Assembly: GCA_025935925.1 (NCBI GenBank)
Contig: JAICUI010000004.1
Location: forward strand, 24,138 to 88,137
Source of the DNA: Chloroflexota bacterium
GTDB taxonomy: Bacteria > Chloroflexota > Limnocylindria > Limnocylindrales > CSP1-4
Length of the DNA stretch: 64,000 nucleotides
Direction of reading: 5' to 3'
Shown: piece by piece, positions 7,764 to 15,239 of the stretch
How positions within the stretch are numbered: the first letter of the stretch is position 1
How the letters are laid out: every line of letters begins with the position of its first letter
The notes under the pieces: model-generated
What the model was told of the DNA's origin: nothing
The model's input: only the letters and a program-made list of their open reading frames with translations
The model's database searches: none
Position numbers and translations under genes: made by a program

Positions 7764-9437
7764 ATGCCGCTGACCGCCTCCGTCCCGAGCACGGCGACCG
7801 TCAAGGTCGACGGGAGCGACCTCGATCCCGCCGTCGCGGCGTCGATCGAGAGCGTCCTCGTCGTGGACCGGCTGGCGATGCCCGACATGTTCACGGTCGT
7901 GTTCCGCGACCGCGATCGGGACATCCTCGGCAACGCGGGGCTCGAGATCGGCAAGGCGATCGAGATCTCGGCAACGTCGCAGTCGGACGACGCCGACGCG
8001 GTGCTGATCAAGGGCGAGGTGACCTCGGTCGAGGCGGACTACGACACGCTCGGCGCGCGGGCGATCGTCCGCGGCTACGACAAGTCGCACCGCCTCGCGG
8101 CGGGCCGGAAGACGAAGACGTTCGAGAACGTGAAGCTGTCCGACGTCGCGAAGCAGATCGCGTCGGGCGCGAGCCTCCAGGCCGACGCGGACGAGACCGA
8201 CGGCACGCTCGACCACGTGTTCCAGGTCAACCAGTCGGACCTCGACTTCCTGTACGCGATCGCGCTCCGCGCGGGATTCGACTGCCGGGTGGACGGCGAC
8301 ACGCTGCTGTTCAAGAAGCCGGTCGAGTCGTCCGGCGGCCCGGACGAGGGCGAGCCCAGCGATGCCGGCGGCGCGACCCTCGTCTGGGGCGTGAACCTCG
8401 TCGAGTTCCGGGCGCGCATGAGCGCTGTCGCGCAGGTGTCCGAGGTCGAGGTCCGAGGCTGGGATCCCAAGGCCAAGGAGGCGGTGATCGGCAAGGGCAC
8501 GCCGGCCGCCGCGAACACCGAGCTCGAGAGCGGCGTGACGCCGACGGACCTCGCCGACAAGGTCGGCGGCCAGACGCTGGTCGTCGTCGATCACCCGGTC
8601 TCGACGCAGGCCGACGCCGACGTGCTGGCGAACGCGCGGGCGGGCCAGGTCGGCAGCGCGGCGTTCGAGGCGACCGCGGTCGCGGTCGGCGACCCGAAGC
8701 TCAAGGCCGGGACGGCGGTCAGCGTGTCGGGCGTCGATCCGGCGCTCGTCGGCAAGTGGGTCATCTCGGGCTCGCGCCACGAGTTCAGCAACGGCGTCTA
8801 CCAGACGGCGCTCGACTTCACGGGCCGCCAGGATCGCTCGATCCTCGGCCTCGTGTCCCAGGGCCTTGCGGGCGGCGACAAGCTGTACGGCGTCGTCGTC
8901 GGCATCGTGAGCGACAACAAGGATCCCGACGAGCTGGGCCGCGTCAAGGTCAAGTACCCGTGGCTCGCGGACGACGCGGTCTCGTACTGGGCGCGCGTCG
9001 CCGCCCCGGGGGCCGGCACGACGGCCGGCGTGACGTGGCTGCCGTCGGTCAACGACGAGGTGCTGCTCGCGTTCGAGCACGGCGACCTCGACCACCCGAT
9101 CGTCCTCGGCGGGTTGTGGAACGGCAAGGACGCGATCCCGTTCAACTACGACGAGGACCTCGACAACGGCACCGTGACGTACTTCGGGTTCACCTCCCGG
9201 ACCGGCCACAAGATCAGCCTGTTCGAGGGCCAGAACGACTCCCTGATCCAGCTCCTGACCGCCAACGGCGAGGTCAACGTCGTGCTGGACGACAAACACA
9301 AGGAGCTCCGGATCGAGAGCACCGGGAAGGTCACGGTCGATGCCCAGGGCGACGTGTCGATCAAGGCCGGCGGCTCCATGAAGATCGAGGCCTCGGGCGA
9401 GCTGTCGCTCAAGGGCTCCACGGTGAAGATCAACTGA
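7764..9437 (+). CDS. VgrG-like baseplate hub/spike (phage gpD-like, Afp8/Cis8-like)
   Basis: 557 aa. Contains a gpD-like N-terminal region (VFQVNQSDLDFLYAIALRAGF), an OB-fold block (GVVVGIVSDNKDPDELGRVKVKYPWL) and a beta-helical C-terminus. Confidence 0.9.
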   Translation: MPLTASVPSTATVKVDGSDLDPAVAASIESVLVVDRLAMPDMFTVVFRDRDRDILGNAGLEIGKAIEISATSQSDDADAVLIKGEVTSVEADYDTLGARAIVRGYDKSHRLAAGRKTKTFENVKLSDVAKQIASGASLQADADETDGTLDHVFQVNQSDLDFLYAIALRAGFDCRVDGDTLLFKKPVESSGGPDEGEPSDAGGATLVWGVNLVEFRARMSAVAQVSEVEVRGWDPKAKEAVIGKGTPAAANTELESGVTPTDLADKVGGQTLVVVDHPVSTQADADVLANARAGQVGSAAFEATAVAVGDPKLKAGTAVSVSGVDPALVGKWVISGSRHEFSNGVYQTALDFTGRQDRSILGLVSQGLAGGDKLYGVVVGIVSDNKDPDELGRVKVKYPWLADDAVSYWARVAAPGAGTTAGVTWLPSVNDEVLLAFEHGDLDHPIVLGGLWNGKDAIPFNYDEDLDNGTVTYFGFTSRTGHKISLFEGQNDSLIQLLTANGEVNVVLDDKHKELRIESTGKVTVDAQGDVSIKAGGSMKIEASGELSLKGSTVKIN

Positions 9438-9453
9438 GCGGGCGGGAGACGAC

Positions 9454-9852
9454 GTGACGGAGCAGTTCATCGGCCGCGGCTGGGCGTTCCCCCTGCGCGT
9501 GGACTCGACCGGCGGGATCGCGCTCGTCTCGCGCGAGCAGGAGATCGAGGAGGCGATCCGGCTGATCCTCGGGACGTCACCCGGCGAGCGGCCGATGCGA
9601 CCGGAGTTCGGCTGCCGGATCCACGAGTACCTCTTCGCGTCCGCCGACAGCGAGACCGCCCACGCGATCGAGGGCGAGGTGCGTGCCGCGCTCCGCCAGT
9701 GGGAGCCGCGGATCGAGGTCCAGGACGTCGTCGTGAGCATCGACCGCGTCAGCCCCGCGCTCCTGTACATCGACGTCCGCTACGCGATCAAGGCGACCAA
9801 CGACCGCCGCAACCTCGTGTTCCCGTTCTACGTGATCCCGGGAGGAGACTGA
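9454..9852 (+). CDS. GPW/gp25 family baseplate wedge protein (Afp9-like)
   Basis: 132 aa. FIGRGWAFPLRVDSTGGIALVSREQEIEEAIRLILGTSPGERPMRPEFGCRIHEYLF is the canonical gp25 signature. Confidence 0.92.
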   Translation: MTEQFIGRGWAFPLRVDSTGGIALVSREQEIEEAIRLILGTSPGERPMRPEFGCRIHEYLFASADSETAHAIEGEVRAALRQWEPRIEVQDVVVSIDRVSPALLYIDVRYAIKATNDRRNLVFPFYVIPGGD

Positions 9853-9854
9853 CC

Positions 9855-11801
9855 ATGGCCCTGCCGGTCCCCAACCTCGACGACCGCCGCTTCCAGGACC
9901 TCGTCGACGAGGCCAAGCGGCTCGTCCAGCAGAAGTGCCCCGAGTGGACCGACCACAACGTGTCGGATCCGGGCGTGACGCTGATCGAGCTGTTCGCGTG
10001 GATGACCGACCAGGTCGTCTACCGGCTCAACCGCGTCCCGGACCGGCACTACGTCAAGTTCCTCGAGCTCATCGGCGTCACGCTGTTCCCGGCCACCGCG
10101 GCCCGGACGCAGGTCACGTTCTGGCTGTCGGCCCCCCAGCCGGACGTGGTCTCGATCGCCGCCGGGACGCAGGTCGCGACGCTCCGCACGGACACCTCCG
10201 AGGCGATCCTGTTCGCCACGACCGGGGCGCTGCCGATCGTCCCGTGCTCGCTGGCACGGCTCGGCTCGATGATCGACGGCAAGACCTTCCGCGACCACAC
10301 CGAGGCGCTCCAGAAGGGCGCCGACGTGTACGGCTTTCACGAGGTGCCGCAGCCGGGCGACGCACTGTACGTCGGCCTGTCGGACGCGGTGCCGTCGAAT
10401 GCCGTGCGGCTCCGGTTCAACGCCCACATCGAGGGCGTCGGCGTGGATCCCACGAACCCGCCGCTCGCCTGGGAGGCGTGGACAGGCGACGACTGGGAGC
10501 CGTGCGAGCTCGACACCGACACGACCGGCGGTCTCAACCGCGACGGCGACGTGGTGCTGCACGTCCCGAAGGGCCACGTCGCGTCGCTGCTCGCGAAGCA
10601 GCGGGCCGGCTGGCTCCGGGCCCGGGTGACCGAGGCCTACGAGGGCCAGCCGGCGTACAGCGCGTCGCCGAGCGTCACCGGGCTCGCCGCGATCACGATC
10701 GGCGGGACCGTCGAGGCCGTGAACGCCGAGCTCGTCCACGACGAGGAGGTCGGCGTCTCGGCCGAGATCCCGGGCCAGCGGTTCCCGCTCAAGAAGGGTC
10801 CCGTGGTGCCGGCCGACGATCCCGCCGTGCTCGAGGTGTCCGACGACGAGGGCTGGGACGAGTGGACGTTCGTCGCGGACTTCGCGGCGAGCGGCCCGGA
10901 CGACAAGCACTTCACGCTCGATCTCGCCGCCGGCGAGGTCCTTCTCGGCCCGGCGGTGCGGCTCGCCGACGGCGGGCTGCGGCAATACGGCAAGATCCCG
11001 GCCAAGGGCGCGCATCTCCGGCTGCGCGAGTACCGGGTGGGCGGCGGCCGGCGCGGCAACGTCGCGCCTCGGGCGATCAGCGTCATGAAGGCCTCGATCC
11101 CGTTCGTGTCGCGCGTCGAGAACCGGCGGCCCGCGCGGGGCGGCGTGGACGCCGAGGACATCGAGAACGCGAAGCTGCGCGGGCCGATCCGGCTCCGGGC
11201 GCGCGGGCGCGCCGTGACGACCGAGGACTACGAGCAGCTCGCGCGCGAGGCCGCCCCGGAGGTCGCGCGCGTGCGCGCGGTCGCGGCGGGCGACGGCGCC
11301 GATGCCGGGTCGGTGCGCGTCCTCGTCGTCCCGTCCGCGGTGTCCGAGCAGGGCCGCCTGCGGTTCGACCAGCTCGTCCCCAACGACGACACGCTCCAGA
11401 AGATCACCGACCGCCTCGAGGAGAGCCGCGTGATCGGCACGCGGGCGAACGTCGAGCCGCCGGTGTATCGAGGGGTCACGGTCGTGGCCCGCCTCCGGGC
11501 GCGCCCACGAGCGAACCCGGCGCGGCTCCAGGAGGACGCGCTACAGGCACTGTTCGAGTACTTCCACCCGATCACGGGCGGGCCCGACGGGTCGGGCTGG
11601 CCGTTCGGCCGACCCGTCAACGTGGGCGAGGTGTACTCGGTGCTCCAGGCGCTGCGCGGGACCGAGATCGTCGAGGATGCGCGGCTGTTCGGCGCGGACC
11701 CGGTCACCGGGCAGCGCGGGCAGCAGACCCAGCGCCTCGAGCTCGAGCCGCACGCGCTGGTGTTCAGCTACGAGCACCAGGTCCTGGTCGAGGGCGCCTG
11801 A
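9855..11801 (+). CDS. Baseplate J-like protein (gp6/Afp11-like)
   Basis: ATG 9855 with a GGAGGAG SD inside ORF 9699..11801. N-terminus MALPVPNLDDRRFQDLVDEAKRLVQQKCPEWTDHNVSDPGVTLIELFAWM is typical of this family. Confidence 0.9.
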   Translation: MALPVPNLDDRRFQDLVDEAKRLVQQKCPEWTDHNVSDPGVTLIELFAWMTDQVVYRLNRVPDRHYVKFLELIGVTLFPATAARTQVTFWLSAPQPDVVSIAAGTQVATLRTDTSEAILFATTGALPIVPCSLARLGSMIDGKTFRDHTEALQKGADVYGFHEVPQPGDALYVGLSDAVPSNAVRLRFNAHIEGVGVDPTNPPLAWEAWTGDDWEPCELDTDTTGGLNRDGDVVLHVPKGHVASLLAKQRAGWLRARVTEAYEGQPAYSASPSVTGLAAITIGGTVEAVNAELVHDEEVGVSAEIPGQRFPLKKGPVVPADDPAVLEVSDDEGWDEWTFVADFAASGPDDKHFTLDLAAGEVLLGPAVRLADGGLRQYGKIPAKGAHLRLREYRVGGGRRGNVAPRAISVMKASIPFVSRVENRRPARGGVDAEDIENAKLRGPIRLRARGRAVTTEDYEQLAREAAPEVARVRAVAAGDGADAGSVRVLVVPSAVSEQGRLRFDQLVPNDDTLQKITDRLEESRVIGTRANVEPPVYRGVTVVARLRARPRANPARLQEDALQALFEYFHPITGGPDGSGWPFGRPVNVGEVYSVLQALRGTEIVEDARLFGADPVTGQRGQQTQRLELEPHALVFSYEHQVLVEGA

Positions 11802-12355
11802 TGCGCGGCGGCGTGCAGGGACTCGTGTCGGCCCACCCGATGGGGCCGACGCTGCCCGCGATCTACCAGGACGACGACTTCGCGCAGCGCTTCCTCGCGG
11901 CACTCGACCAGGTGTACGCGCCGATCTGGAGCACGCTCGACAACTTCGACTCGTACCTCGACCCGTACCTGACGCCCGACGACTTCCTGACCTGGCTCGC
12001 GGGCTGGGTCGGGATCGCGCTCGACGAGAGCTGGGACGAGGCACGCCGGCGGGCGATCGTGTCGCGCGCCGTCGAGCTGTACCGGATGCGCGGGACCGCG
12101 GCCGGTCTCGCGGGCCAGGTCGAGATCCAGACCGGCGGTGCCGTCGAGATCGTCGAGAACGGCGCGACCGGCTGGTCCGTCGATCCGGGCGGCGACCTCC
12201 CGGGGTCGCCGGAGCCCTTGGTCGTCGTCCGCGTCCGGGTGCCGGATCCCAAGTCGATCGACGCGAACCGGCTGGACGCGCTGGTGGCGGCCGCGAAGCC
12301 GGCGCACGTGATGCACCGGATCGAGCTCGTGAAGGGCGCCGCCGACAAGGCATGA
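11801..12355 (+). CDS. Phage tail protein I-like (P2 gpI / Afp12-like)
   Basis: ATG 11801 shares one nucleotide with the stop of the J-like gene (TGATG). LPAIYQDDDFAQRFLAALDQVYAPIWSTLDNFDSYLDP..AVELYRMRGTAAGL matches the gpI-like family. Confidence 0.88.
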   Translation: MRGGVQGLVSAHPMGPTLPAIYQDDDFAQRFLAALDQVYAPIWSTLDNFDSYLDPYLTPDDFLTWLAGWVGIALDESWDEARRRAIVSRAVELYRMRGTAAGLAGQVEIQTGGAVEIVENGATGWSVDPGGDLPGSPEPLVVVRVRVPDPKSIDANRLDALVAAAKPAHVMHRIELVKGAADKA

Positions 12356-12431
12356 CCTCTGGCCGGGATGTGAAGCGGGTGCTGCGCCACTATGCTTCGC
12401 GCGGGATTCCACGGCTGAGGGGAGTGCACGC

Positions 12432-15239
12432 TTGATCGTCTGCGGCAACTGCGGCGCACAGAACGATCCGTCCGACGCGTTCTGCGGGAACTGCGGCCAG
12501 TTCCTGGAGTGGTCGAAGCCCGCGGAGCCGATCGATTCCGCGCCCACCGCCCCCGCGCCGTCATCGAGCCGCGTCGTGTTCGTCGACACGGATCCCGATG
12601 CCGCGCCCGCCGCGGCAGCAGGAGGCCCGCAGGCAGAAGCCGATCGTCAGGCCGCCGCAGAAGCGGAGCGACAGGCCGAGGCGGAGCGACAGGCTGCTGC
12701 GGCCGAGGCGGAGCGACAGGCCGAGGCGGAGCGGCAGGCTGCTGCGGCCGAGGCGGAGCGCCAAGCGGAAGCGGAGCGCCAGGCGGAAGCGGAGCGGCAA
12801 GCGGAAGCCGAGCGCCAGGCTGCTGCGGCCGAGGCCGAGCGTCAGGCAGAAGCGGAGCGCCAGGCTGCGGCGGCCGAGGCGGAGCGGCAAGCGGAGGCAG
12901 ATCGGCAGGCGGAAGCGGAGCGTCAGGCTGCGGCCGCCGAGGCGGAACGGCAGGCCGAGGCGGAGCGGCAGGCGGAAGCCGAGCGCCAGGCTGCGGCGGC
13001 GGAAGCGGAGCGTCAGGCCGAAGCGGAGCGCCAGGCCGCGGCGGCGGAAGCTGAGCGGCAGGCCGAGGCCGAGCGCAAGGCGGAAGCCGACCGCCAAGCC
13101 GAAGCCGAGCGCCAGGCTGCGGCGGCCGAAGCCGAGCGCCAAGCCCAAGCCGAGCGGGAAGCCGAAGCAGAGCACAAGGCCGAAGCCGAGCGCAACGCCG
13201 AGGCCGAGCGGCAAGCCGAGGCCGAGCGGCAAGCGGAAGCCGACCGCCAAGCCGAAGCGGAGCGCAAAGCCGAGGCCGAGCGCAAAGCCGAGGCCGAGCG
13301 GCAAGCCGAAGCGGAGCGGCAGGCGGCCGCCCAAGCGGAGCGCCAGGCTGCCGCCGAAGCCGACCGTCAGGCGAAAGCCGAGCGACAAGCAGAAGCCGAA
13401 CGGCAGGCTGCAGCAGCGGAAGAGGAGCACCGAGCCGAGGCGGAGCGGCAAGCCGCTGCAGCGGAGGCTGAGCGCCAGGCCGAGGCCGACCGCCAAGCCG
13501 AGGCCGATCGCCAGGCCGAGGCCGATCGCCAGGCCGCTCGCACGACAGCTGGATCGACGACCTCAACGACGACGCCCGCCGACGACCCGCCAACGCCGAC
13601 CTCGCCCGCGCCCGGCCGCGCACCGCAAACGGACCCAACGAGCGCGCCGGTTCCCGACCCCATCGCCGCGGCCGCGATCGTCGCCGGAGCTCCCCCGGTC
13701 GCTGCCGCAGAAGCCGCCGCCGCATCCGCCGGAGCGATGGCGTCGAACACGACCCCCGCGGTCGCCCCGGAGTCCGCCACGCCGGGCGTCGCCGATCGTC
13801 CCGCAGACGGTGACGCCGAGCCGGAAGGCGTGCCGGCGTTCGAGCCCGAGCCCGTCGAACCGGTCGTTTCCGCTCCCCCGCCGGCGCCGAAGGCGCGCAA
13901 GGGCGGTGCCTCCAAGAAGTTCTCGACGACGCTCGCGGCCGGGGCCGCGGAAGCGGCCGCCGCAGCGGCAGCGACGGAACCGCTGAGCGGCATAACCCCG
14001 ACCACCGAAGCCGTCGCTCCGTCAGCGACGCCGCCGGGCTCCTCGCCATCGGGCGCGCGGCCCGCGGCTGCCGGCGCGATCCCGGGCTGGGGTCAGCCGG
14101 TCGCGCCGTCGACCTCCGCGACGACGTCAGCGCCGCCTGCCGTCACGCGGATCGCGGCGACGCCTCCGCCTCCGCCGCCGGGTACGGCAGCGCATACCAC
14201 GCCACCGGCCGTCGCGCCGACGGCCGGGCAGCAGCCGGCGGCGGTCCGCCCGACGGCGCCCGTGACCGCCGCCATGGCCGGCGCCGCGACCGCGGCGGCA
14301 ACGACGGAGCCCGCCGCACGCCCGCCCGTCGCACCCGACGACGGCATCCAGTCGAGACGGCCGCAGGACGTCGCCCGACCGGCGCCGAAGCCGGCCACGT
14401 CCGTCCCCGAACGCGTCGCCCAGCCCGGCGACCGCATCTGCGGCGCGTGCAGCGAGCCGAACGATCCCGCTCGCAAGTTCTGCCGCCGCTGCGGCGCCAG
14501 CCTCGTCGAGGCCAAGGTCGTCGCGGCACCGAAGCTGCCGTGGTACCGACGGATCTTCGGTGGCGGCAAGCAGGCAAAGCAGTACGCCGCGGGCGAGCGC
14601 ATCGACTCGATGCAGAAGGGCTCGGTCAAGGCTCCCCGCCAGGGCATCGGCGGCCTGCTCCGCAGCTTCGCCAAGGGCCGGAGCATGGTCGTGGGCCTGC
14701 TGGGCATCGTCGTCGCGATCGGGTTCCTCGGCTACATCGGCATCCCGTCGGTCCACGGCATGGTGGACGGCGCGCTGAGCGGCGGACCCCAGCACATCGT
14801 CGACAACATCCGCAAGGCGATCGCGCCGACGCCGCAGATCGTCACGCCGACGTCGGTGACGTCCCTGGACGCGGGCGCCGACGTCAAGGACCATCCGCCC
14901 GCGCTCGTCTGGGACAAGGCGACGAACACCGACTGGCAGTCGACGTCGAAGGCCCCCGGGCTGAAGGTCACGTTCAAGGACAGGATCGACCTGATGTTCC
15001 TGCTGGTCTACGCCGGCAACTCGACGAAGTTCGTCGACCTCCAGCGGCCGGCGAAGCTCCGGATCACGTTCCCCGACGGCTCGAGCCAGGACATCGACCT
15101 CGCCGACACGAAGGACAAGCAGTCGTTCCCGGTGTCGAAGGACGGCATCGATTCGCTGACGATCACCGTCCTCGACACGAACGGGCCGGCGGGCGCCCCC
15201 TTGTCGATCTCGGAGCTCGAGTTCAACAAGAAGACCTAG
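12432..15239 (+). CDS. Bitopic membrane protein: zinc ribbon, AEAERQ repeat helix, Pro/Ala linker, second zinc ribbon, TM helix, discoidin/NADase-type glycan-binding-like C-terminal domain
   Basis: TTG start with a GAGGGGAG SD. CxxC-x10-CxxC at aa 4-21 and aa 670-687. Repeats at aa 68-367. TM helix MVVGLLGIVVAIGFLGYIGI at nt 14685-14744. The C-terminal domain contains ALVWDKATNTDWQS. Confidence 0.8.
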   Translation: MIVCGNCGAQNDPSDAFCGNCGQFLEWSKPAEPIDSAPTAPAPSSSRVVFVDTDPDAAPAAAAGGPQAEADRQAAAEAERQAEAERQAAAAEAERQAEAERQAAAAEAERQAEAERQAEAERQAEAERQAAAAEAERQAEAERQAAAAEAERQAEADRQAEAERQAAAAEAERQAEAERQAEAERQAAAAEAERQAEAERQAAAAEAERQAEAERKAEADRQAEAERQAAAAEAERQAQAEREAEAEHKAEAERNAEAERQAEAERQAEADRQAEAERKAEAERKAEAERQAEAERQAAAQAERQAAAEADRQAKAERQAEAERQAAAAEEEHRAEAERQAAAAEAERQAEADRQAEADRQAEADRQAARTTAGSTTSTTTPADDPPTPTSPAPGRAPQTDPTSAPVPDPIAAAAIVAGAPPVAAAEAAAASAGAMASNTTPAVAPESATPGVADRPADGDAEPEGVPAFEPEPVEPVVSAPPPAPKARKGGASKKFSTTLAAGAAEAAAAAAATEPLSGITPTTEAVAPSATPPGSSPSGARPAAAGAIPGWGQPVAPSTSATTSAPPAVTRIAATPPPPPPGTAAHTTPPAVAPTAGQQPAAVRPTAPVTAAMAGAATAAATTEPAARPPVAPDDGIQSRRPQDVARPAPKPATSVPERVAQPGDRICGACSEPNDPARKFCRRCGASLVEAKVVAAPKLPWYRRIFGGGKQAKQYAAGERIDSMQKGSVKAPRQGIGGLLRSFAKGRSMVVGLLGIVVAIGFLGYIGIPSVHGMVDGALSGGPQHIVDNIRKAIAPTPQIVTPTSVTSLDAGADVKDHPPALVWDKATNTDWQSTSKAPGLKVTFKDRIDLMFLLVYAGNSTKFVDLQRPAKLRITFPDGSSQDIDLADTKDKQSFPVSKDGIDSLTITVLDTNGPAGAPLSISELEFNKKT
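12633..13532 (+). repeat. In-frame tandem repeat, about 44 x 18-nt units (AEAERQ) with 9-nt AAA inserts
   Basis: Hand count of hexads in the translation. The units differ mainly at third codon positions (gcg/gcc/gca, gag/gaa, cga/cgg/cgc/cgt, cag/caa). Confidence 0.95.

Noticed and set aside
12633-13532. Regular 18-nt repeat array that could be mistaken for a CRISPR array or a satellite.
   Set aside because: There are no unique spacers. The units are contiguous, in frame and translate to AEAERQ inside a long ORF with clear flanking domains. The alternative-frame ORFs over it (12509..13054, 12561..13496, 12598..13986, 13013..13285) are repeat echoes.
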